Below are positions 15,732 to 25,682 of a stretch of 39,882 bases of DNA, piece after piece; position 1 is the first letter of the stretch; every line of letters starts with the position of its first letter. The DNA is taken from assembly GCA_043806035.1 (NCBI GenBank), contig JAZDHK010000027.1:1-39882 (forward strand), read 5' to 3'. Position numbers and translations under genes: made by a program. The notes beneath the pieces are model-generated. The model worked only from the letters and a program-made list of their open reading frames with translations. It was not told the origin of the DNA and did no database searches. The DNA comes from an archaeon. Its GTDB lineage: Archaea; Nanobdellota; Nanobdellia; Woesearchaeales; UBA9642.

Positions 15732-16951
15732 AATACCTACTTGTAGCGTTGTTTGTCGCAGTACTGCTCATGCCCTTTGCGGCAGCAGACTATGCTCTGC
15801 TTTCGGCAAGCCTCATGAAGTACGAGCCAGTCCCCGCAGAGCCGGGCAAGTACATCACCGTCTACATCAAACTCGAGAATGATGGGGACAAGGCAGCCAA
15901 GGACGTGGTGATGGAACTCATGCCACACTATCCGTTCAGCATCGATGGCAGCGACCAGGTGAGCAAGAACCTCGGGACGTTAGGCAGCCAGCGTGAGTAT
16001 GTCTTTGACTTCAAGCTGCGCGTCGCGGCGGATGCCGTCACGGGTGACAATGAACTGAGGATGCGCTTCACGTCCGATAATGGCATCTGGCAAGAGAACG
16101 TCTTCACCATCACCCTGCAGAGCGGAGACGCCACGCTCGGTGTTGTCGGGGCTGCCCTGCAGCCGGCCATCATCGCGCCAGGAGAGAAAGGCATGCTCAC
16201 CATACGCGTCAAGAACATGGCAGATGACGTGCTGAAGGACATCACGATAGCTCTGGATTTGTTCTCATCCACAACGGCGACAGCCACATCCGTAAGTGTA
16301 TTGGATCCGCCCTTCGCACCCATAGGACTGACGAATGAGCAGAAGATATTCCAGCTCGCCTCAGGCAACACGGAAGAATTTGCATTCCCTCTGCAGGCAT
16401 ACACGTCGGCCAGCCCGGGACTGTACAAAATCCCCATCAACATAACGTATTATGATAATGTGGGGACGAAATACACACTCCAACAGCTCATCGGCGTCGT
16501 CGTCGGCAGCGAGCCAGAACTGAGCGTTGTCGTAGACAGCACCACCCTGCGAAGCGTGCCCATGATGGGAGACATTACCCTGAAGGTCATCAATAAGGGG
16601 CTTTCTGATGTCAAATTCCTGGACATGCGCCTCGGAGAGAGTGCTGCCTACGAAATCATGAGTGCAAGCAATGAGGTCTATCTCGGCAACTTGGACAGCG
16701 ACGATTATGACACGGCAACGTACAAGCTAAAACTCCTCACCGCGCAGGACCTGCTATCCTTGCCCGTCTCCATAGCATACCGAGACGCGAACAACAACCC
16801 CTACGTGCTGAACACGACCGTCGTGGCAAAGCTGTACGCGAACGGCGACGACACGAAAGCACCCGTTGGTCTTATCGTCTTCATCGTTATCGTCCTCGGC
16901 GTCATCGGCTTCTTCATCTACAGGAAGTTCAGGAAGCCAAGGAAGAAGTGA
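15728..16951 (+). CDS. COG1361-type S-layer domain protein
   Basis: Signal peptide, repeated Ig-like units (PAEPG..V.I.LEN.G, PGLYKIPINITY), C-terminal TM plus basic tail; ABC-operon context. Confidence 0.8.
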   Translation: MKYLLVALFVAVLLMPFAAADYALLSASLMKYEPVPAEPGKYITVYIKLENDGDKAAKDVVMELMPHYPFSIDGSDQVSKNLGTLGSQREYVFDFKLRVAADAVTGDNELRMRFTSDNGIWQENVFTITLQSGDATLGVVGAALQPAIIAPGEKGMLTIRVKNMADDVLKDITIALDLFSSTTATATSVSVLDPPFAPIGLTNEQKIFQLASGNTEEFAFPLQAYTSASPGLYKIPINITYYDNVGTKYTLQQLIGVVVGSEPELSVVVDSTTLRSVPMMGDITLKVINKGLSDVKFLDMRLGESAAYEIMSASNEVYLGNLDSDDYDTATYKLKLLTAQDLLSLPVSIAYRDANNNPYVLNTTVVAKLYANGDDTKAPVGLIVFIVIVLGVIGFFIYRKFRKPRKK

Positions 16952-16954
16952 GCC

Positions 16955-18169
16955 ATGCTCGCAGAACTGTTCGGCATAGCCTTTGACGGGCTCAAGCATA
17001 GACGCGTGAGGAGTTGGCTCACCATGGTGGGCATCTTCATCGGCATCGCTGCAGTCGTTGCCCTCATCAGCTTAGGCCAGGGGCTCAACCATGCCATCAG
17101 CGGCGAGTTCGAAAAGATCGGCGTGGACAAGATCATCATCCAGCCGAAGGCATCATTCGGGCCGCCAGGCTCATCGAATCCCAATCCGTTGACTGTTTCG
17201 GACAAAGAGGCAGTGCAAAAAGTGCCTGGCGTGCTACAGGCGGCAGGCCTGCTCATCGGCAACGCGCGTGTTTCTTACAACGACCAGCTCAAATTCTACC
17301 AAGTGGTGAGTTTGCCGCTCAACGAGGAAGGCAAGCTCATCGAGGAGATGAACACGTACAAGCCAAAATATGGCAGGGAATTGCAGCAAGGAGACAAGTA
17401 CAAGGTCGTGCTCGGCATCGATTTTGCCGAGAAGGAACTCTTCGGAAGAAATGTCAGAGTGGGTGACAAGATCCTGCTCAACGACCAGCAGTTCGTTGTC
17501 GTGGGCATTTGGGAGCGCATCGGCAATCCTGGAGATGATCGGAGCTTCACCATTCCCGAAGAGGCATTCAAGGAACTCTTCAACAGCACGGACAGGCAGG
17601 ACTACATCATCGCCAAGGTTGCTGTTGCAAGTGAAGTGAAGCCCATCGCGGTCCAGATAGAGCGTGCATTGCGAAAAAACCGCAACCTCAAAGAAGGCAA
17701 TGAAGATTTCACCGTGCAAACGCTCGATGAGTACATGGCTTCCTTCATGGACATTCTGGACGTCGTCAACGCTGTCCTGATAGGCATAGCTGCCATTTCC
17801 CTCGTCGTTGGCGGTGTGGGTATAGCCAACACCATGTTCACTGCAGTACTGGAACGGACGAAAGAAATAGGCATCATGAAGGCAATCGGAGCAAGGAACA
17901 GTCACGTGCTTCTGCTCTTCCTCTTCGAGTCAGGACTGCTCGGTCTCGTGGGAGGTGGCATCGGCGTCCTTTTGGGCATGGGCATGAGCAAGCTTGTAGA
18001 ACTCATCGGCAAGAACGTATGGGGTACGAACCTCTTGCAGGCATACTTTCCCTGGTATCTGATTGTTGGCGCATTGGCATTTTCCTTTTTCATAGGGACG
18101 CTGTTCGGCATCCTCCCTGCACGGCAGGCATCCCGACAAAAACCTGTTGACGCATTGAGGTATGAATGA
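16955..18169 (+). CDS. ABC transporter permease (MacB/FtsX family)
   Basis: RSWLTMVGIFIGIAAVV, GIANTMFTAVLERTKEIGIMKAIGA, PVDALRYE. Confidence 0.95.
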   Translation: MLAELFGIAFDGLKHRRVRSWLTMVGIFIGIAAVVALISLGQGLNHAISGEFEKIGVDKIIIQPKASFGPPGSSNPNPLTVSDKEAVQKVPGVLQAAGLLIGNARVSYNDQLKFYQVVSLPLNEEGKLIEEMNTYKPKYGRELQQGDKYKVVLGIDFAEKELFGRNVRVGDKILLNDQQFVVVGIWERIGNPGDDRSFTIPEEAFKELFNSTDRQDYIIAKVAVASEVKPIAVQIERALRKNRNLKEGNEDFTVQTLDEYMASFMDILDVVNAVLIGIAAISLVVGGVGIANTMFTAVLERTKEIGIMKAIGARNSHVLLLFLFESGLLGLVGGGIGVLLGMGMSKLVELIGKNVWGTNLLQAYFPWYLIVGALAFSFFIGTLFGILPARQASRQKPVDALRYE

Positions 18170-18181
18170 TGAGGCAAGAAC

Positions 18182-19399
18182 GTGTGGTTTGACTACCTGA
18201 GATTGGCGTCAGGCAATCTGTTGCACAAGCGACTGAGAAGCTGGCTGACCATGATCGGCATCTTCATCGGCATAGCCACCGTCGTCGCCTTAATCAGCCT
18301 TGGCCAGGGCATGAAGCAGGCCATCTCCCAGCAATTCCTTTCCTTGGGCACGGACAAGCTCATCGTGACGGCGGCAAGCACCGGCTTTGCCCCGCCCGGC
18401 TCGTTGGCCGCAGGCAAGCTCACGACGCATGACGTTTCCATTATCGATCACGTTTCCGGTGTCAATATCGTGACGGGAAGGCTGCTGCGCAGCGTCAAGC
18501 TCGAGTATGATCACGTGGTGCGTTACCAGTATGCCGTTTCCACGCCAAAGGACAAGAAAGCGTTCGATCTCGTGACAGAGGCGAACAAGTACGTTATCGG
18601 CAAGGGCAGGTGGTATAGGCTTGGCGAGAAAGCACTCGTCGTCGGTTCTGGGTTCGCAAAAGACGTTTTTGATGCGGACATCCACGTCGGCACGAAAGTG
18701 GACGTGCAAGGGCAAGCATTCACCGTTGTCGGCATTCTAGAAAGTTCTGGCAACCCAGAGCGTGATGATGCGTTAGCGATAGACGAGGAGGTCATGCGGG
18801 AACTGCTTAACATTCGGGAAACGTACGACATGGTGGCAGTTTCCGTCAATCAGGGGGAGGACATGAACAAGGTGAGCGAGGACATCCAGCGAGCCATGCG
18901 CAAAGACAGGAATCAGAAGCTCGGCCAGGAAGACTTTGTCGTACAAACCCCACAGCAGCTCATCGAGACGTTCAACACCATTCTTGACGTCGTGAACGGT
19001 GTGCTCATCGGCATAGCTGCCATTTCCCTCATCGTCGGGGGAGTGGGCATAACCAACACGATGTACACGTCCGTCTTGCAGCGAACGAGGGATATAGGTG
19101 TGATGAAGGCCATAGGCGCGCGCAGACGGGACATCCTTGCCATTTTCTTAACCGAGGCAGGACTGCTTGGCATGCTCGGAGGAGCGATAGGCATTGCATT
19201 AGGCATTGGCTTTGCAAAACTCGTCGAGATCATTGCGGCAAGCGCTCTTGGTTCGGGTATCATCCAAGTGTACTTTCCCTGGTATCTCGTGCTTGGTGCT
19301 CTGTTATTCTCTTTCGGCATAGGCTGCGTGGCAGGCATAACTCCCGCATTGCAGGCGGCGAAGATGCATCCTGTCGATGCGCTCAGGTATGAATTGTAG
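18182..19399 (+). CDS. ABC transporter permease (MacB/FtsX family), paralog
   Basis: Same motifs as the preceding gene (RSWLTMIGIFIG...PVDALRYEL). Confidence 0.95.
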   Translation: MWFDYLRLASGNLLHKRLRSWLTMIGIFIGIATVVALISLGQGMKQAISQQFLSLGTDKLIVTAASTGFAPPGSLAAGKLTTHDVSIIDHVSGVNIVTGRLLRSVKLEYDHVVRYQYAVSTPKDKKAFDLVTEANKYVIGKGRWYRLGEKALVVGSGFAKDVFDADIHVGTKVDVQGQAFTVVGILESSGNPERDDALAIDEEVMRELLNIRETYDMVAVSVNQGEDMNKVSEDIQRAMRKDRNQKLGQEDFVVQTPQQLIETFNTILDVVNGVLIGIAAISLIVGGVGITNTMYTSVLQRTRDIGVMKAIGARRRDILAIFLTEAGLLGMLGGAIGIALGIGFAKLVEIIAASALGSGIIQVYFPWYLVLGALLFSFGIGCVAGITPALQAAKMHPVDALRYEL

Positions 19400-19495
19400 G
19401 AGAAGCTCGGGCGGGCACTACACCGTCCAAAGATGGCTTTTGCATGCGTAATGTTTAAATACTTGTCAGCAGGTGTTTTGTTGAGGTGAGGTTTC

Positions 19496-19831
19496 ATGGC
19501 ATGCTTTATCGTTCCAACGCTTCTTGCAACATACACAACGTTGTTTCGGAAGAAATTCCCAAAGCAGTGGCACATTGGCTGGCTGAATGTCATGATTTGG
19601 GGCGGAGCTGCAGGATTGGCGATTGAGCATATTGCGCATCAGGAGATAGTGCCTTGGTTTCCTTTTCTCTCGGCAATGAGTAGCCCTGCAGATACCCTGG
19701 CGATGCTCAAGGAAATGGCGTTCGTCGGCATCCCTATGATGTTGGCGTTGGTTGCAGCATGGGTGACACTGGTCGTCGTCCAAGAGAAATTCGTGATGGC
19801 ACGGAAGGCACCAGTAAAGGGAACAGCGTAG
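19496..19831 (+). CDS. Hypothetical small membrane protein
   Basis: GAGGTG RBS, TATA box upstream, about 3 TM segments. Confidence 0.8.
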   Translation: MACFIVPTLLATYTTLFRKKFPKQWHIGWLNVMIWGGAAGLAIEHIAHQEIVPWFPFLSAMSSPADTLAMLKEMAFVGIPMMLALVAAWVTLVVVQEKFVMARKAPVKGTA

Positions 19832-20131
19832 GTGAGTACCGTGTGGCTCATTGTATCAAGCATAGCAACTGCCGTAGCAGGGACGGCATATTTTACTTTT
19901 GGGAAATTCAGGAAGAAATATAAGCTCGGTTTGCTGACTTTGCTCTTGCTTGGCATCACCATCATGGTGCTTGTCGATCATCTTATAGCGTTCTTTAGCG
20001 GAGAGCCGTTCATTCAAATCACCACTGAAGGACTCATACAGAATGGAGTGCTTCTTGGTTTAGCCATGCTGGCACCCATTGCAATCATTTGGCTCATCGT
20101 AATCGCCGTAGCAAAAAGGACAAGTGTATGA
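19832..20131 (+). CDS. Hypothetical small membrane protein
   Basis: Abuts the previous stop, 3 TM segments, similar layout to the previous gene. Confidence 0.75.
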   Translation: MSTVWLIVSSIATAVAGTAYFTFGKFRKKYKLGLLTLLLLGITIMVLVDHLIAFFSGEPFIQITTEGLIQNGVLLGLAMLAPIAIIWLIVIAVAKRTSV

Positions 20132-20393
20132 CATTCTCCGACGTAGTACATTGTCGGTGACAGCAGAATTAATCAGTGTAGCATTCATTAGCTCGTGTAT
20201 GAAGAACAGCAAGATCACAGTATCCTGCGCAATCATACGGGAAGTTGAGCCCTTTGTTGACAGCGGCATCGACGACCGTAAAGTACACTCCGTGTACTTA
20301 CGCACGAAAACGAATCGTTTTCTTTGTGCCGAACAGGACGGTGTCCTTGTCATGAACAATAAGCTTTTTATAACGACTCTCTGTTGTTGCATC

Positions 20394-21299
20394 ATGCGCA
20401 AGACCGTGATCGGGGCAATAGCGATACTCATCGCGGCAGCCCTGTGGGGAGTGGATGGAGTGTTTTTGACACCGCGGCTCTTCAACCTGAACGTGGTCTT
20501 CGTCGTGTTCATGCTGCATGCCATACCCTTCTTGATCATGAGCGTGTTCCTGTACAAGGAATATGCGTACCTGCGAACCTTCACCCCGAAGGATTATCTC
20601 ACGTTCCTCCTCATTGCCATAACGGGCGGCGCTCTTGGAACATATGCCATCGTGAAAGCACTTTTTCTGGTCAATTTCCAGGCACTCTCCGTCGTGATAC
20701 TGCTGCAAAAACTGCAGCCTGTATTTGCAATAGCCCTCGCAACAATTCTGCTCAAAGAAAAGCTCAGGAAGAATTATGCCCTCTGGGCAGGAATAGCAAT
20801 CGTGTCTTCATATGTCCTCGCGTTCGGATTCTCACTTCCTCAAATGAAGGGGAACGTGTTCGCGAGCGCAGTATGGGCGTTGGTTGCCGCGGCATGCTTC
20901 GGCGCAGCGACCGTATTCGGGAAAATGGCACTAAAAAAGTACGCGTATCATACGACGAACTTTTATCGGTTCGGATTCACTGCAGTCCTCATGCTTGCGG
21001 TCGTGCTGTTCTCCGGGCTGTTTTCAGAGCTGGCAAACGTCACGTCTACGAACTGGCTGTTCTTCATCATCATAGCGTTTACGACAGGATCAGGGGCGAT
21101 ATTCATCTATTATTACGGTCTCAAACACGTCACTGCGATGGTGTCCACCATCTGCGAGCTCATGTTTCCCATAACCGCAGTCATGCTGGATTATGTCATC
21201 AACGGCCATTTCCTCGCATGGGTGCAGTGGCTGGCGGCAGCACTTATGCTTTTTGCCATCTATAAGATAACGAGCGATCCGCAGATGGACAAAGGCTGA
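20394..21299 (+). CDS. EamA/DMT family transporter
   Basis: AAALWG, LLQKLQPVFAIALATILLKEKL, IYYYGLKHVTA; two EamA repeats. Start moved to MRKTVIG after TATA-like TTTTTATAA at 20365-20373. Confidence 0.9.
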   Translation: MRKTVIGAIAILIAAALWGVDGVFLTPRLFNLNVVFVVFMLHAIPFLIMSVFLYKEYAYLRTFTPKDYLTFLLIAITGGALGTYAIVKALFLVNFQALSVVILLQKLQPVFAIALATILLKEKLRKNYALWAGIAIVSSYVLAFGFSLPQMKGNVFASAVWALVAAACFGAATVFGKMALKKYAYHTTNFYRFGFTAVLMLAVVLFSGLFSELANVTSTNWLFFIIIAFTTGSGAIFIYYYGLKHVTAMVSTICELMFPITAVMLDYVINGHFLAWVQWLAAALMLFAIYKITSDPQMDKG

Positions 21300-21337
21300 C
21301 CCCAACCTTTAAATAAATCCTGCTCTCCACACACGAC

Positions 21338-21976
21338 ATGCCTGATATCCAACGTACGTTGTCATTCAATGCATCAGTGCCTTCTTCAAAGCAGGCAGCG
21401 TTAGATGTGGCCAAAAGCAATTTGCAGAGAGTAGAGCTTCCTTTGAAGGCAACAGCGAAGAACCTTGTGTACGGCAAAGGCAATCCTGAAGCAAAGATTC
21501 TTTTCATAGGAGAAGCGCCAGGTGAGCAAGAGGACATCCAAGGGTTCCCTTTCGTCGGCGCCGCGGGAAAGCAACTCGACAAGCTCCTACACAGCATAGG
21601 ATTAACTATCGATGATGTCTACATCGCGAACATCCTCAAGTACCGGCCGCCAAACAACAGGAACCCGAATGATGAAGAAATACGGACGCACACGCCGTAT
21701 CTTGTCGAACAGATCAAGATCATCCAACCAAAGATCATTGCGACACTTGGCAACTTTAGCACAAAATTCATCCTTGCACGATGCAACCCTGGCGGCATGA
21801 AATCCATCGGTGGTATCACCTTCCTGCACGGCAAGCCCGTTAGTATAGACATCGACGGTCTGCAATTCATTGTCGTTCCCCTCTACCATCCTGCTGCCAT
21901 CCTGTACAAACCAGGGCTCAGGCAGGAGTTGGAGCAGGATTTCCTGAAAATGCAGGAGCTTCTTAGAAATCATTAA
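21338..21976 (+). CDS. Uracil-DNA glycosylase, family 4 (Fe-S cysteines absent)
   Basis: FIGEAPGEQED..G.PFVGAAG, NILKYRPPNNRNP, PLYHPAAILY. Confidence 0.92.
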   Translation: MPDIQRTLSFNASVPSSKQAALDVAKSNLQRVELPLKATAKNLVYGKGNPEAKILFIGEAPGEQEDIQGFPFVGAAGKQLDKLLHSIGLTIDDVYIANILKYRPPNNRNPNDEEIRTHTPYLVEQIKIIQPKIIATLGNFSTKFILARCNPGGMKSIGGITFLHGKPVSIDIDGLQFIVVPLYHPAAILYKPGLRQELEQDFLKMQELLRNH

Positions 21977-22001
21977 ATAGCAATCAGCATTCACCCGCCC
22001 G

Positions 22002-23768
22002 ATGTGTGGCATCATCGGCTATATCGGCAAAGAGCAAGCAGCTCCTTTGCTCATGAAAGGACTTTCTCGCCTAGAATACAGAGGATATGATAGCGCAGGC
22101 ATCTGCATAGCCAACGGCGATCTCATGACGATCAAGTGTCCTGGTCACATCGCAGACCTTGCTCGCATCCTTCCTGCTCTTGTCGGAACGAGAGGCATAG
22201 CGCATACGCGCTGGGCGACGCACGGCCCTCCGACAGAAATCAACGCCCACCCCCATTGTGACTGTAAAAACACTATTGCTCTCGTCCATAATGGCATTAT
22301 CGAAAACCACGATGCCTTGCGAAAAATGCTTGAGGGTGAAGGCCACGCCTTTCGCTCGCAGACGGACTCAGAGGTCATCGTGCACCTTATCGAAAAATTC
22401 TACCAAGGCAATCTCGAAGGGGCAGTGCTGCAAGCAATTGCGCTGCTTGAAGGCACGTTCGGCCTAGCCATTATCCATCGGGACGAAAATAAAATCATCG
22501 CCGTCAGACGAGGCTCACCCCTCATTATAGGCATTGCAAAACATGGCATGTTCCTCTCTTCAGACGCTGCGGCGCTGCTCGACCACACCACCAACGTCAT
22601 CTACCTGCGTGACAATGAACTGGCGTCGCTCACGTCCACAACATACAACATCATGAGCTTCGATGGCAAGCAACTCAACGCGAATGTCGAAAAAATACAT
22701 TGGACCCTCGATGCCATTGAGAAAGCAGGCTACAAGCACTTCATGCTCAAGGAAATCATGGAGCAACCACATGCCATTGCGAATACGCTGCGCGGAAGGA
22801 TAACACCAACGCAGATAAAACTCACCATAGCCCTTCCTGAACGTATCGGCAGAATCATCCTGCTCGGCTGCGGCACGAGCTGGCATGCGGCACTCATCGG
22901 CAAGTACTTGCTGGAGAAGCTCACCCGCATACCTGTTGAGGTAGATTATGCATCTGAATTCAGATATAGGCAACCGATTATCACGAAAGATGATATTGTC
23001 ATCGTCCTCTCCCAATCGGGCGAGACGGCTGACACGCTCGGCGCATTGCGTGCAGTACGCCACGCAACGACTGTAGGACTTGTTAATGTAGTCGGTTCAA
23101 CAATCTCCCGCGAGGTGCAGTCAGGCATCTACCTGCACGCGGGCCCAGAGATAGGCGTTGCATCGACGAAAGCATTCACCTGTCAAGTAACGGCACTCGC
23201 ACTCCTCGCGCTCTACCTGCAAGAACACAGGGACCACGACCTCGCAGAGGCACTGTTGCGCATACCTGACCTTGTCGCAGAAGTTCTCGAGAGCAATGAA
23301 CGCATACGCGGAATCGCCAAATTGTTTATTAATGACCACAACGCACTCTACCTCGGTAGAGGCGTGCAATTTCCTGTCGCATTGGAAGGGGCATTGAAGC
23401 TGAAAGAAATATCCTACCTGCATGCAGAAGGCTATCCTGCGGCCGAGATGAAACATGGACCTATAGCATTGATTGATGAGCGCATGCCCGCAGTCATCAT
23501 CGCACCACATGACAAATTGTTTGACAAGGTCATGAGCAACATGCAGGAAATCAAGGCTAGGCACGGCAGGGTCATCGTCATTACTGATGAACCTGACGAG
23601 CGACTTAAGCAGGCAGACCACATCCTGTACGTTCCCAAGACAAGAGAGGAGCTCATGCCCCTACTTACCGTTATTCCCTTGCAATTGCTTGCCTACCACA
23701 TCGCAGACCTCAAAGGGCTGCCTGTCGACAAGCCTCGGAATTTAGCAAAGGCGGTGACGGTGGAGTAG
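22002..23768 (+). CDS. glmS: Glutamine-fructose-6-phosphate transaminase (isomerizing)
   Basis: MCGIIG, LEYRGYDSAG, HTRWATHG, SQSGETADT, EGALKLKEISY, PRNLAKAVTVE. Confidence 0.98.
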   Translation: MCGIIGYIGKEQAAPLLMKGLSRLEYRGYDSAGICIANGDLMTIKCPGHIADLARILPALVGTRGIAHTRWATHGPPTEINAHPHCDCKNTIALVHNGIIENHDALRKMLEGEGHAFRSQTDSEVIVHLIEKFYQGNLEGAVLQAIALLEGTFGLAIIHRDENKIIAVRRGSPLIIGIAKHGMFLSSDAAALLDHTTNVIYLRDNELASLTSTTYNIMSFDGKQLNANVEKIHWTLDAIEKAGYKHFMLKEIMEQPHAIANTLRGRITPTQIKLTIALPERIGRIILLGCGTSWHAALIGKYLLEKLTRIPVEVDYASEFRYRQPIITKDDIVIVLSQSGETADTLGALRAVRHATTVGLVNVVGSTISREVQSGIYLHAGPEIGVASTKAFTCQVTALALLALYLQEHRDHDLAEALLRIPDLVAEVLESNERIRGIAKLFINDHNALYLGRGVQFPVALEGALKLKEISYLHAEGYPAAEMKHGPIALIDERMPAVIIAPHDKLFDKVMSNMQEIKARHGRVIVITDEPDERLKQADHILYVPKTREELMPLLTVIPLQLLAYHIADLKGLPVDKPRNLAKAVTVE

Positions 23769-24107
23769 TTAAAGAAACCGCACAAACGCATTCTTCCCAT
23801 CGACAAGCACGTTCTTCGCCACAATCGGCTTGTCGGTTATCTCGAAGCCCATGACGATGATCTCCTCGCCCATCTTGATGAGATGTGATGCGGCACCATT
23901 CATGCAAATATGCCCCGGCTGCTCGCCGACGATAACATACGTCTCCAGTCTTGCACCTGTTGTGTTACTCACCACCAGCACCTTCTCGCCGGGCCAGAAA
24001 CCTGCTTTCTCTATAAGGTCTTTCGGCAAGGTGATGCTGCCGATGTAATCAAGATTTGCTTCGGTGACGTGCGCCTTGTGGATTTTTGATCTGAGCAGGG
24101 AACGCAT
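23769..24107 (-). CDS. panD: Aspartate 1-decarboxylase (pyruvoyl-dependent)
   Basis: SKIHKAHVT, YIG|SIT autocleavage site, GARLETY, NGAA. Confidence 0.95.
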   Translation of the reverse strand: MRSLLRSKIHKAHVTEANLDYIGSITLPKDLIEKAGFWPGEKVLVVSNTTGARLETYVIVGEQPGHICMNGAASHLIKMGEEIIVMGFEITDKPIVAKNVLVDGKNAFVRFL

Positions 24108-24213
24108 GCTACGGAAGAATGTTCTTGTCTTAAATGTTTTTTGGATAAACCAAATCTATACCTTTATAAATGTGTTTTACTCAAAATAAGAAAGTAGTAG
24201 TGGAGGTGTGTAA

Positions 24214-24618
24214 ATGGCAGATGCGTTTGGTCTTGCTGCACTGATTATGAGTATGCTGCTCTTTTTTGCCATACTCTTTGTTGCAATATACGTGTACACT
24301 GCGCTCGTCCTCATGGTGATTGCCAAGAAGACAAAAACACCAAATGGGTGGCTGGCATGGATTCCCATAGCCAATTTTGTGCTGATGCTCAACATAGCCA
24401 AGATTGACTGGTGGTGGCTGCTCATAGGCATTGCAGCGATCATCCTCAGCATGATACCCATCGTCGGTGTCATCATCAATCTTGCACTGATTGTTGGTGT
24501 GATTTACTTGTGGTGGAGGATCTGCGAAGAGGTCAAGAAGCCAGGGTGGTGGGGCATCCTCATGATGATTCCCATCGTCAACTGGGTCCTCATGGGCATC
24601 ATGGCATGGGGAAAGTAA
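24214..24618 (+). CDS. DUF5684-like membrane protein
   Basis: WLAWIPIAN and repeated IPIV motifs; GGAGGTG RBS. Confidence 0.75.
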   Translation: MADAFGLAALIMSMLLFFAILFVAIYVYTALVLMVIAKKTKTPNGWLAWIPIANFVLMLNIAKIDWWWLLIGIAAIILSMIPIVGVIINLALIVGVIYLWWRICEEVKKPGWWGILMMIPIVNWVLMGIMAWGK

Positions 24619-24619
24619 A

Positions 24620-25600
24620 CTATTTTTTCTTATTTTTTCCTTCTTCAAATGCGTAGAACAAAAACACATTCTGGAACGTTTGCAAGGCAACCTGCAACAG
24701 GGTAAGGAAGGCAAGCAGGCTGAACAAAAGCACGCTGAGCACGCCGCCACTTCCCAGAAATCGCACAAATACGTCTCCTTGCGGATTCATCACCGACCCT
24801 CTCACGATAAGTGAGAATGCCAGGATGAGGAGAAATATCAGAAAGGCATACTTGAGCTTTGCTCGCGTCATGCGAAGACTACTTCGTAAACTCTCAATGA
24901 CCCCTTTCTGTTCGAGAAACAGCGCAGGCACGACGAAGAGCAGGCGCAGGTTCATGTACACGATATAGACGAGGAACAGCAACAGTGCAAGGATGAAAAC
25001 GAATGCGATGAGCGGGATGCTCTTGATGAGCAGTACCAAAGGAACGAGCACCACGAGTGGTCCCAGTATGGCAATCAGAACAAGCACTCTTGCTCCGAGC
25101 AGTCTCAACAGATACTTGTTAGTTAGCCTCCATGCACCACTCCACGAATGCTTGTTCCGCATGCGCAACATAATAAGAACAAAGGTCATGCAGCTCGCAT
25201 ACCAGCTCACGAGTAAGCCAACGCATACGAACGCAATGAGCATCGCCACATTACGCACCGAAAATAAGTCAGCCCATTTGTCCCAATCATATCCTTGTTC
25301 TTCCAAGTATGTATTGAACGCAGTATTGTATGCAGAACTCCGCCTGCCAACCGTCAACAGCAATGCCGTCAAGAAATTCTCGTTACCCATCTGCATCTTG
25401 CCCAGCGTGTCAAGCTGCTGCTGATCAAACGCATGGCGTAACTGCTCCTGCTCTGCCCACAACGGTCGCAATCCCGAGCCGTACACGAACACTACTAACA
25501 ACGGGAGCATGACTGCCATGCTGATGATGCCTGGCAGCAGCACGTGCAAGTTTTGTGTGCACAGCTTCCAGCTTTTGCTGATGGCTTTTGCAATGTCCAC
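24620..25600 (-). CDS. Hypothetical polytopic membrane protein
   Basis: About 6-7 TM segments with PALFLEQKGVIESLRSSLRMT, typical of glycerophosphodiesterase-membrane-domain-like proteins. Confidence 0.75.
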   Translation of the reverse strand: MDIAKAISKSWKLCTQNLHVLLPGIISMAVMLPLLVVFVYGSGLRPLWAEQEQLRHAFDQQQLDTLGKMQMGNENFLTALLLTVGRRSSAYNTAFNTYLEEQGYDWDKWADLFSVRNVAMLIAFVCVGLLVSWYASCMTFVLIMLRMRNKHSWSGAWRLTNKYLLRLLGARVLVLIAILGPLVVLVPLVLLIKSIPLIAFVFILALLLFLVYIVYMNLRLLFVVPALFLEQKGVIESLRSSLRMTRAKLKYAFLIFLLILAFSLIVRGSVMNPQGDVFVRFLGSGGVLSVLLFSLLAFLTLLQVALQTFQNVFLFYAFEEGKNKKK

Positions 25601-25682
25601 AGCACTTCTTTTTTTTGTTCCTTTTTAAATCTTATCAGTCGACAGTCATAATCTTTAAATAGGCTGGCATGAACAGGACTGC

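Noticed and set aside
16955-19399. Long nucleotide repeats between 17.0-17.9 kb and 18.2-19.1 kb
   Set aside because: Explained by paralogy of the two permease genes.
20124-20393. 90-aa N-terminal extension of the EamA ORF
   Set aside because: A TATA box lies inside it just before MRKTVIG, and the extension is not EamA-like. The region is probably non-coding or a remnant.
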